Positions 38,701-50,700 of a stretch of 64,000 nucleotides of DNA are shown one piece after another. The position numbers and the translations under genes are program-made. The DNA is from Okamejei kenojei (Eukaryota), in the NCBI GenBank assembly GCA_035221665.1, contig CM069140.1, positions 68,882,001 to 68,946,000 of the forward strand, written 5' to 3'. The notes beneath the pieces are model-generated. The model searched no databases. It saw only the letters and a program-made list of their open reading frames with translations, and was not told the DNA's origin. Position 1 is the stretch's first letter; each line of letters opens with the position of its first letter.

Positions 38701-41700
38701 ACGGGGTGAAGGCTTTAGGAGAAGACGGGTAGGGCAGTGGCAGACTAGTGGTGTGGGGGTGAAAGTAAGCATTCTGCTGGAAAAGGCTATAGGGGTTAAT
38801 ATCTAAAGTCAAGATCAAACAAGACGTATTTATCGACAATGTTAGTAGATTCTGGTGGTGAATGCATGTAAATTATTTTGGGAGATTGAACCTTCCCAGT
38901 ATTTAATTGGAGAAAGTCACCCTTTATCCTTGCTGCTCTCTTGACTGCAATTTCTTAGTAAATAATATATTAAGGTCATGATGTGGGTTAATAAAATTCT
39001 GAGTGCCAGAACACAAGCCCACTTCCACTACTCCAGCTGTCTGACCATTTTCTGCATTTCTTGCTGGCAGCTGCAGGCAGAGTAATTAAAAAATGAAGCC
39101 GCAATGATTGTGTAATTATGCTGTAACGTTTGGCTACATAAATTCATATCAATGCCAAAAAAAATTACACTCAATTATGCAGCTGATCTTTATTGGTTGA
39201 AGTGACAACCAGAAACTGGTATTTAAATTGCATTTTTGCACATCATAAACAAAACTTCACATTTCTTACTATTGCTATGAAGTTTGATAGTCAAGGAAAT
39301 TGGCAGAGAATCTGAGGTAACTTTATGTTTCTGCCCAGAATAGAGGTTCTTGTGGGCATTTGTTAAATCATTTGAAGGAAGAACAGAGGGTGCAAAAAAC
39401 TGCAAGGTTTCCAGAGCAGAAAAAGCTATATTTCTGAGACAACTCTCGCCCTCCATTACCCTGGTGATTTTTTCAAGCACAACGCAATTATTTGGACTTG
39501 ACTGAGATTGAGCGGAGAGATGTCAGAATTATGGCACCAGTTTCGAGATAGCCTCCAGAGACACAGTGTGTTGATGACTGTGACGGTCACTGCAGCCCTG
39601 AATCTTTTTCCTCGGCTTCTATCCAAGTTGACAGATGTACCGTTAACAATACTTTCAGTTGACAATGTACACAGGAGAACGACATGTCGTTCCCAAAATA
39701 AAAAAAGTGTCTTGATCAATTGGTGCAAGGGACACCAACAGGAAAGCACAGGGTCATAAACAAAATCATAGAACATTACAGTATGCTATTCAGCCCATCA
39801 AGTCTTTGCTGGCTCTGCAAAAAGCAATCCCATTCATCCATCAGGTCTGTAGATTATTCACCTATTAATTTATTACCATTTCCTCTTGAAAGCCTCAACT
39901 GAATAACCTTCAAGAAAGTAGATTCCAGAAATACCACCATATTAAAACGTTTTTCCTCATTCCTGTAGCTCTTTACAAATTAACTTTTTTCCACAAGTCA
40001 TGCAACCCTTGGTTAATACGGTTTTCCTCTACTCTTATCCAAACCTATGAATGCTCATATAACTCTTTTGAGACTTTTCATATTGTTCCACTCCAAGAAA
40101 AGTATCAACAGGTTTGTCCTTGCTGTTCAAATTCTTAATCTCTACAACCATTCCATGAAATCTCTTCAGCATTCTCAATAGTCTTCACATTATTCCAAAA
40201 GTGGAATGATTAGAATTGACTGCAGTACAATGGTTGTGGCTATACAAAAAATATATAAAGGTTCAAATTACCTTTTTACTTTAGCACTTTGCCTGTATTA
40301 ATGAAGTCTAGGATGTTTTCTAAATTTGCCCCAACAATGTCAAGGATTATGGGGAGAAGGCAGGAGAATGGGGCTAGGAGGGAGAGATAGATCAGCCATA
40401 ATTTAATGGCGGAGTAGACCTGGTGGTCCGAATGGCCTAATTCTGCTCCTATCATTTATGACCCCTTATGACATATATGCATTTATCTCCATGTTCCTAA
40501 ATCACTTTCTGAATTACACAATTTTGTCCACTTTCATGCTCTTCCTGCCAAAATATACCATACACTCTGGTTTGTATTTCATCTGCCACAGGGACATTTC
40601 ATCTACTATGTCTTCCTGAAGACCACTTTTACCACCCCCTCCATTAAACACATTTTAAAATCTCCTGCACAAATGTATCAAAAATGGTGGTTTCCATGTA
40701 ACCATATAACCATATAACAATTACAGCACGGAAACAGGCCCTCTCGGCCCTTCCAGTCCGTGCCGACCATTTGTTTTCCCCTAGTCCCATCTACCTGCAC
40801 TCAGACCATACCCCTCCATTCCCTTCACGTCCATATACCTATCCACTTTACTCTTAAATGTTAAAATCGATCCTGCCTCCACCACTTCTGCTGGAAGCTG
40901 ATTCCACACAGCCACCACCCTCTGAGTAAAGAAGTTCCCCCTCACGTTACCCCGAAACCTCTGTCCCTTAATTCTCATGTCATGCCCTCTTGTTTGAAAC
41001 TTCCCTACCCTCAATGGGAAAAACGTATCCACGTCAACTCTGTCTATCCCTTTCATCATTTTAAAGACCTCAATCAAGTCCCCCCTTAACCTTCTGCGCT
41101 CCAAAGAATAAAGACCTAACTTGTTCAACCTTTCTCTGTAACATAGTTGCTGGAACCCTGGCAACATTCTAGTAAATCTCCTCTGTACTCTCTCTATTTT
41201 ACAAGTGTTTCAGCACTTGCCTCCAAAAAGCACCAGTCTGGAGTAAGGTAGATAATTGTTTATCACAAGCCATTCTTTCTGCTTTTGTCAACTTTTAACA
41301 CTTTTCAGAAATTAATCTTGCTGCATACTGCTTTATGTTCTTATTAATACTTAAATCACAAATTTTGCTAACATGTACCTGTACTTCTGGATATCTTTGT
41401 TCTACAATCCACCTCAGAATCATATCTATGCACATTTTGTGTGGCGTCATTATTCTTCCTAACGACATCCTTTTATTCAATTTAATTTACGAAATTGTTA
41501 TTTCTTCAAGATATCTGGATATTGCTAGTAAGGCCAGCATTGTTTATCCTTAAGTTGTTTGTTCATGCATTTCAAATGCAGTTAAAAGTCAACCATGTTG
41601 TCAAGTCGAGGGTACACAAAAAGCTGGAGAAACTCAGCGGGTGCAGCAGCATCTAAGGAGCGAAGGAGATAGGCGACGTTTCGGGTCGAGACCCTTCTTC

Positions 41701-44700
41701 AGACTGGTCAGGGATCAGGGAAACGAGAGATATAGACGGTGATATGGAGAGATAAGGAACAATGAGTGAAAGATATGCAAAAAAGTATCGGTGATAAAGG
41801 GAACAAGCCATTGTAAGCTGTTTGTGGTGTGAAAATGAGAAGCTGGTGCGACTGGGGTGGGGGAGGGAGATGGAGATAGAGGGAATGCCAGGGCCTGAGG
41901 GCTGAGGGAGAGGTGGGAAGGGGAGGAGACAGCAAGGGTTAACAGAATTGAGAAAATTCAATATTCAAGCCCAAAGGATGCAGACTCCCCAAGTGGAATA
42001 TGAGGTGCTGTTCCTCCAGCTTGCGGTGTTGCTCACTCTGGCCGTGGAGGAGGCCCAGGACCGAGAGGTCGGATGTGGAATGGGAGGGGAGTTGAAGTGC
42101 TGAGCCACCGGGAGGTCGGGTTGGTTATTGCGGACCGAGCGGAGGTGTTCGGCGAAGCGATCGCCAAGCCTCCGCTTGGTTTCACCGATATAGATCATCT
42201 GGCATCTGGAGCAGCGGATGCAGTAGATGAGGTTGGAGGAGGTGCAGGTGAACCTCTGTCGGACCTGGAAGGACTGCTTGGGTCCCTGAAAGGAGTGGAG
42301 GGGGGAGGTGAAGGGACAAGTGTTGCATTTCTTGCGGTTGCAAGGGAAAGTGCCCGGGGAAGGGGTAGAGTGGGAGGGGAGGGAAGAATGGACAAGGGAG
42401 TTGCGGAGGGAGCGGTCTTTGCGGAAGGCAGACAGGGGGGGAAATGGGAAGAAGTGGCGGGTAGAGGGGTCACGTTGGAGGTGGCGAAACTGGCGGAGGA
42501 CTATATGTTGTATTTGCCGGCTGGTGGGGTGAAAGGTGAGGACCAGGGGAACTCTGCCCTGTTTGCGAGTGGGGGAATGGGGAGCGAGGGCAGTGTTGCG
42601 GGGTATGGAGGAGACCCTGGTGCGAGCCTCATCAATAGTGGGGGAGGGGAATCCCCGTTCTCTGAAGAATGAGGCCATTTGTGATGACCTGGTGTGGAAC
42701 ACCTCATCCTGGGAGCAGATGCGGCATAGACGGAGGAATTGGGAATAGGGGATGGAGTCCTTACAGGAAGCAGGGTGGGAGGAAGAGTAGTCCAGGTAGC
42801 TGTGGGAGTCAGTAGGTTTGTAGTGGATGTCGGTCAGGAGCGTATCACCTGCAATAGAGATGGTGAGGTCAAGGAATGGTAGGGAAGTGTCGGAAATGGT
42901 CCAAGTGTATTTGAGTGCCGGATGGAAGTTGGTGGTGAAATGAATGAAGTCAGTCAGTTGTGTGTGGGTGCAGGAGGTGACACCAAAGCAGTCGTCGATG
43001 TAACGGAGGTAGAGGTCGGGGATGGGGCCCTGGTACGCCGAGAACAAGGATTGTTCGACGTACCCAACAAAGAGGCAAGCGTAGCTGGGGCCCATGCGTG
43101 TGCCCATAGCTATGCCTTGTGTTTGGAGGAAATGGGAGGAATCAAAAGAGAAGTTATTGAGGGTGAGGACCAACTCTGCTAGGCGGAGGAGGGTGTCAGT
43201 GGACGGGTATGGGTTGCTCCTCTGGTCGAGGAAGAACGAGGGCTTTGAGACCGTCCTGGTGGTGGATGGAGGTGTAGAGTGACTGGACGTCCATGGTAAA
43301 GATGAGAGGATGGGGGCCTGGAGAATGGAATGCACGGAGCCGACGGAGAGTGTCTGAGGTGTCTTGAACATAGGTGGGGAGGGATTTAACAAAGGGGGAT
43401 AGGATGGCGTCAAGGTATGTGGAAATGTGTTCGGTGGGGCACGAACAGGCAGAGACAATGGGTCTGCCAGGGCAGTCGGGTTTGTGGATTTTGGGGAGAA
43501 GGTAAAATCGGGCAGTGCGGGGCTGGGAAACGATGAGGTCGGAGGCTCGGGAGGGTAGGGAGCCCGAGCTGATGAAGTCGGTTATGGTGCTCGAGATGGT
43601 GGCCTGGTGTTCGTCAGTGGGGTCATGGTCCAGGGGTAAGTAGGAGGAGGTGTCCGAGAGTTGGCGCGCGGCCTCCGCTTTGTAGAGGTCGACGCGCCAG
43701 ACTACCACGGCACCTCCCTTGTCGGCGGGTTTGATAACCCAGTCTGGGTTGTTACGGAGTGAGTCGATGGCAGTACGTTCGGGGCTGGATAGATTGGAGT
43801 GAGACAGGGGGGTGGAGAAGTCGAGGCGGTTGATGTCCCGACGGCAGTTCTGGATAAATAGTTCTACAGCCGGAAGGCTACGAGGGGGGGTCCAAGTGGA
43901 GGCGGTGCGTGGGAGACAGGAAAAGGGATCATCAGTGGGGGGCGAGGGCTTCTTCCCGTGGAAGAACGCTGTGAGGCGGAGGCGACGGTAGAAGAGCTCC
44001 AAGTCGTGGTGGGCGCGGAACTCATTGAGGTGGGGACGGAGGGGGACAAAGGTGAGACCTCTGCTGAGGACAGACCGTTCGATGTCGGAGAGGGGGAGGT
44101 CCGGGGGGATGGTGAACACGCGGCAAGGATGGGGGTTGTGGCCGGAGGAAGGCAGGTGAGTGGACTGAGGACGAAGCGCTGTGTGGTGGGGGGGTGGAGG
44201 GTGGTCAGGGGGTGGGGTGGTATGGGGGCTGTGGTGTGGGTGGGGAAGAGCAGGGGTTACATGGTAGGGGGGGGATGGGGAAGACCTAGTGGAATAGCCA
44301 CTAAGGTTACTGGCGCTGGGGAGACGGGCACTAGGACCCAGTGTGGTGGGAGGAGTTAGCAACGTGGAGGCTTCAGGCCCACTGCAGAGTCCAGTCTGCA
44401 GGTGAGGCGACGGCTGCGGGCTGCTGGAGGGCGGTGGAGAGTCGTGGGTCGGCGGACCCGAAGGTAGGAGTCCGCGGGCAGTGGAGTCGGGGTCGGCGGG
44501 CGATGCGTTGGAGGTCCCGGTGGGCGGGTGGTCGGTCCGACCGGTGAGGCGGCGAGATGAGTGGGGTGCGGTGCGGCGGCCGTGTTTGGGCAGCCCCGGT
44601 CCGGCGGCGATGCAAGGTGAGGCGGGTGCGGCTGTGGTCTTCGGTGGGCCCAGTGCACTGGAGATGCTGGATGGGCCCGGTGCGGCGATGGAGTTAGGTG

Positions 44701-47700
44701 GTCCCGGGGGGCGGCGAGGTTCGGCAGTCGCGTTGCGCTGGTGATGGGCGGTGGAATCGGGGAGGGGGAGATAAGCAGAGTTACCGGGCAGGCAGCGGGG
44801 CTGGGCGTCATCAGTAGGCAGGTGGAGGTCTGCGGCAGCATCGGCGTGGAGGTCGGTGAAGGCGGCGTCCTGGTGAGTCCTGGAGGCGCTCCTCGTGGCC
44901 AAGATGGCGTCGGGGGACTCAGGCCGGCGGCTCGGGCCAGAGTTGGGGCCCGGGGCCTGCGGGCGGTCGAGTCGGGGATTGTCGGTGGCTGGAACGGCCT
45001 GGAGGCGGGCTAATTTCAGGTCCTTGGTGGCGGTAAGGTGGGACAGGAATTGTTGATTGAAGCGGTGGATCTTCCGGAGGATGTAGTGTAGTTGGGGTCC
45101 GTTGCAAGTCTGGGTGAGTGAGGCCTGAAGTTTCGGGAGAGTCAATGCGAGGTCCTGCTGGTGTCGGCGCATTGCAACCAGGGTGGACCTTAGTGCCCGG
45201 TTGGAGAATTGTACAGTGTGGCGGCAGATGGCCCGTCGGTACCGATAGTCCGGCTGGGTTCCGAACTGGGAGGCAGTGAATTGGAGCTGGAATCCACGGG
45301 GTATGAGATGGAGGCGCAGGCAAGCCCCGAGGAAGCAGATGTGGCTGTGGTATCGAGTCTGGGTGAGGATGTGGTCGTAGAGTTGGAGGGAAGGGGGTAT
45401 CACAGAGGGGGAGCAGTTAGAGAGGAGGTTGCGAAACTGTCTCCGTAGGGAGGAGGAGAACTTCTTCAAAGTAGGCATACCTTGAGGAGATATCGCAGTG
45501 GAGTAGACAAGGTTTTCAAGAAGGAACTGCAGATGCTGGAGAATCGAGGGTACACAAAAAGCTGGAGAAACTCAGCGGGTGCAGCAGCATCTAAGGAGCG
45601 AAGGAGATAGGCGACGTTTCGGGTCGAGACCCTTCTTCAGACTGGTCAGGGATCAGGGAAACGAGAGATATAGACGGTGATGTGGAGAGATAAGGAACAA
45701 TGAGTGAAAGATATGCAAAAAAGTATCGGTGATAAAGGGAACAAGCCATTGTAGGTACACAAAAAGCTGGAGAAACTCAGCGGGTGCAGCAGCATCTAAG
45801 GAGCGAAGGAGATAGGCGACGTTTCGGGTCGAGACCCTTCTTCAGACTCAAGCCATTGTAAGCTGTTTGTGGTGTGAAAATGAGAAGCTGGTGCGACTGG
45901 GGTGGGGGAGGGAGATGGAGATAGAGGGAATGCCAGGGCCCGAGGGCTGAGGGAGAGGTGGGAAGGGGAGGAGACAGCAAGGGTTAACAGAATTGAGAAA
46001 ATTCAATATTCAAGCCCAAAGGATGCAGACTCCCCAATGTCAAGTCGTCGACTTTATTTGTCACATACACATACAAGATGTGCAGTGAAATGAAAGTGGC
46101 AACACCTGCGGATTGTGCAACAACTACAGAACAGAATAGAACAGAATCAGTATTTACATGTTAAGAATCTTTTTTTTTACAAAAGACACAACAGTAAATT
46201 AGTACAGTAAATTAGTTCCTGGTGAGATAAGACCTTTGGCCCGATGGCCTGTGGGAAGAAACTCCATCTCATCCTCCCTGTTTTCACAGCATGACAGCGG
46301 AGGCGTTTGCCTGACCGTGGCAGCTGGAACTGTCCGTTGCTGGGGTGGTAGGGGCCCCCCATAATGTTGCTGGCTCTGGATCTGCACCTAGTGTATAGGT
46401 CCTGCGGGGGAGGGGCCGAGTGTAGTTCCCATAGTACGTTCGGTCGAACGCACTACTCCCTGCAGAGCCTTCCTGTCCTCGGCAGAGCTGTTCCCAAACC
46501 AGTTTGTGATGTTGTCGGATAAGATGCTTTCTACAGCCTCAGAGTAGAATGGCGGCGGCGCGGACGCATCGTGACGTCCTGTGTCTCCCGAGAATTTGTG
46601 AATTAAGTATAATTTACTTGCTTGTTTTAAGTGCTCACTCGGAGCAGTCTTGCACTCCTCTCATACAGCCGGCAGGAACTTCTCAACTTCGGTTCCTGCG
46701 GCTACAATAAATTTACGGGCGAACTCCGTCTCCCTCCCGAACATGCCAGCACAGCGGAGCTGCGGGGCGGCGGATCAGCGGAGCGCACCAAGTCAGTCTG
46801 GCCGACCGGAAGCACCCACAGACGGCGACGAGACGCAAGCACCGCCGAGGATGCCGAGGTGGGTTAAAGGCTAGGTTAGAACGAGCCCCACAAAGGCCAT
46901 CGATTCCTAGCCTTTTCCTCGCCAACGTACGCTCACTGGCAAACAAAACAGACGAACTCTGGCTACTGATCATCTCACACAACTGGATCAAAGACTGCAG
47001 CATCCTGATCTTCACTGAAACCTGGCTCAACGCCGATGTTCCTGACAGCGCCATCGAGCTAACGGGGCGTCTTATACACCGAGCGGACAGAACACCAGAC
47101 TCCGGTAAGACCAGAGGTGGGGGTCTGTGCATTTATGTAAATAAAGCATGGTGCACGGACACCACCATCATTGGGAGTCACTGCTCAGCTAACCTAGAGT
47201 TCCTATTGGTTAAATGCAGACCGTTCTATCTGCACAGAGAGTTTACCTCCACTGTTGTGACTGCAGCCTATATTCCTCCTGACGCTAATGCTAAGCTTGC
47301 AATGAAAGAACTGCATACTGCCATTAGCAAACAACAGACTCACAACCCCGAGGTAGCCTTCATTGTTGCGGGTGACTTCAATCACTTCAACCTGAAGACT
47401 GTACTCCCCAAATTCCACCAACATGTCTCCTTCGCCACTAGAGAAGGCAAGACACTGGACAAAGTCTGCACAAAAATGGCTGTAGCTTACAATGCCTTCC
47501 CCCTACCCCACCTTGGTCAGTCTGATCACCTCTCATTGTTCCTGCTCCCTAAGTACTCCCCACTCATCAAACGTGTAAAACCACAGTGAGAACAGTTAAA
47601 GTTTGGTCAGAGGAGGCTAACTCCACTCTTCAGCAGCATTTTGGAAACACTGACTGGAATGTGTTTGTAGCCCAGGCCACCCTCGACTCCCACACAGACA

Positions 47701-50700
47701 TAGACGCTTATACATCCTCTGTTCTGGAGTTTATCAACTCCACCATCCTCAAACGGATTACCACATTCCCGAATCAGAAGCCATGGATGAACAGTGAGGT
47801 CAGGCTATTGCTGAAAGCACGGGGCACTGCTTTCAGGTCAGGCGATGCTCGAGCCTACAGTTCATCCAGGGCTAACCTGAAGAGGGGCATCAAGAAGGCC
47901 GAGCATAGCTACAAGCTTAGGATTGAGGAGCACTTCAACAACAACTCCGCCCACGACGCATGTGGCAAGGCATCCAGGCCATCACGGACTTCAGAGCCAC
48001 CAACACCACCCCCACATCCAGCGACTCATCCTTCCTTGAGGAGCTTAACCACTTTTATGGCCGCTTTGACAGGGGCAACCAAGAGATGGCCATCAAGGCT
48101 ATGCTCCCTGCTGATCACCTGCCCCTCACACTCACCCCCTATGACGTGTATCTAGCACTGAGTAGGATTAATGCACGTAAGGCTGCTGGCCCTGACAGCA
48201 TCCCTGGGTGCGTCCTCAGGACCCGTGCTGCGCAGCTGACAGACGTCTGGACTGACATCTTCAATATGTCACTTGCCCAAGCAGTTGTCCCCACGTGCCT
48301 TAAAACCACCTCCATCATGCCAGTGCCAAAACACTCCAATGCGGCGAGCCTCAACGACTTCCGCCCAGTTGCACTTACTCCCATCATCACCAAGTGCTTC
48401 GAGAGGCTGGTCCTGGCACACCTCAAAGGCTGCCTACCTCCCACACTGGAACCCTATCAGTTTGCCTACCACAGAACAGGAGTACGATGGATGCCATCTC
48501 AACGGCGCTCCACTCCGCCCTCTCCCAACTCGACAACAGAGACACCTACTGTTCATCGACTATAAGTCAGCATTTAACACCATTATCCCCTCAAAACTGA
48601 TCACCAAACTCAGCGATCTGGGCATTAACCCCTCTCTCTGCAACTGGATACTGGACTTCCTGACTAACAGACCACAGTCTGTTAGGTTGGACAACCACAC
48701 CTCTTCAACCCTCACCCTGAACACCGGCGTTCCACAGGGCTGTGTACTGAGCCCCCTCCTCTACTCCCTCTTCACGGTTCTAACACCATCATCAAGTATG
48801 CAGATGATACAATGGTGATTGACCTCATCAGCGACAACGATGAGTCGGCCTATAGGGAGGAGGTTCAGCTCATAGCAGCATAGTGCGCTGACAACAACCT
48901 GGCCCTTAACTCCAAGAAGACCAAGGAGCTCATTGTGGACTATAGAAGGTCTAGGGGCTGCATGCACACCCCCATCCATATTAACGGGACGGAGGTGGAA
49001 CGCGTTTCCAGTTTCAGGGGGTCAACATCTCTGATGACCTCCCTTGGACCCACAATACCTCTACACTGATCAAGAAGGCTCACCAGCGTCTCATCTTCCT
49101 GAGGAGACTAAAGAAGGTCCATCTGTCTCCTCAGATTCTGGTGAACTTCTACCGCTGCACCATCAACAGCATCCTTACCAACTGTATCACAGTATGGTAT
49201 GGCAACTGCTCTGTGTCTGACCGGAAAGCACTGCAGAGGGTGGTGAAAACTGCCCAACGCATCACCGGTTCCTCACTCTCCTCCATTGAGACTGTCCAAA
49301 GCAAGCGATGTCTGCGAAGGGCGCGCAGCACCGTCAAGGACTGCTCTCACCCCAGCCACAGACTGTTTACCCTCCTCCCATCCGGGAGGCGCTACAGGTC
49401 CCTCCGTTGCCGGCCCAGCAGGTTCAGCCAGGTTGTTGTCAGCTTCTTCCCTGCGGCTGTTACAATACTTAACTCTGCGCCTCGGTGATTGCCAGTCGGA
49501 CACTCCTTCCCCCAGTATAATTGCAAAACTGTTTGTATATATATATATATTTTACCGTTCATTATTCTAAGTTCGCTCTTCTGGGGAGATGCTAACTGCA
49601 TTTCATTGCCTCTGTACTGTACACTGCACAATGACAATTAAAGATTGAATTGAATTGAAAAAAAAAGCACTTAAGGATCCTCACAGAGACTCTGAATTTC
49701 CTCAGCTGCCTGAGGTGGTAAAGGTGCTGCCTTGCCTTACTCACCAGAACGGCAGTGTGTGTTGTCCATGTCAGATCCTCTGAGATATGGACTCCAGGTA
49801 TTTAAAGCAGCTCACCCTATCCACAGTAGTCCCATTTATCTCCAGTGGCGTGTACGTCCTCGGATGTTGTGCCCTTCTAAAGTCCACAATCAGCTCCTTT
49901 GTTTTTGGGACATTCAAGAGGAGGCTGTTGTCGTGACACCAGAGTGCCAGATCAGCCACCTCCTCCCGGTTGGCCTTCTCATTGTTATGGGAGATCAGGC
50001 CCACCACCAGTATCATCAGCAAACTTGATGATGGAGTTGGAGCTGAACCTGGCCACACAGTCATGTGTGTACAGGGAGTACAGTAGGGGTCTAAGGACGC
50101 AATCCTGGGTGGATCCTGTGTTCAGGGTGAGGGGATGGATGTATGTCTCCCCATTTGACCACCTAGGGCCTGGCAGTGAGAAAGTCCAGGACCCAGGCAC
50201 ACAGGGGAGTGTTAAGCCCCAGTTTCAGCAGCTTTTCAGCCAGTCTGGTGGGAACTACCATATTGAAAGCTGAGCTGAAGTCAATGAACAGCATCCTCAC
50301 AGAGCCCCGCTTGTGAGATTGGAATCACTTACAACTCATATCAGTAGCCGTTTACCTCCTCTTAAGGACATTAATGAATCAGATTTATTATGGCAATCCA
50401 GTGTTTTTGCTATTATTACTTATAGCTTCTTTAGATTTACCTACTTAAATTTAACCATAGCTACGTAACGTACGCACGTGTTTGAAAAAGACCTCTGGAT
50501 ACAAGTGCAGTCATGTAATGACAATGCCATCAGACTCGCAACTCAGCACGTTTCATAGTATTCTCTTGCTTGCATCAAAACAATCTTTTATAGAGATATT
50601 TTTGTTTGCATGGGCACGATTTTGATTACAAGATAAAGCCAATGATTAAGTTATGATCAGGTATTCAACACTCCTTTTGAATTCTAGGTATTAATTAAAT

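Larger units (their letters stand above)
41609..46037 (-). mobile_element. Near full-length Penelope-like element (Neptune-type) with direct pseudo-LTRs
   Basis: TSD TGTCAAGTCG (41599-41608, 46038-46047); 3' end duplicated upstream of the ORF; RT with DKG and YIDD motifs, Cys-rich linker [10 protein letters not shown]-terminal GIY-YIG ([18 protein letters not shown]). Confidence 0.95.

Noticed and set aside
39223-39776. Overlapping short ORFs in SPO16 intron 2
   Set aside because: No recognisable homology or convincing splice structure; stops interrupt the + strand frames translated by hand.
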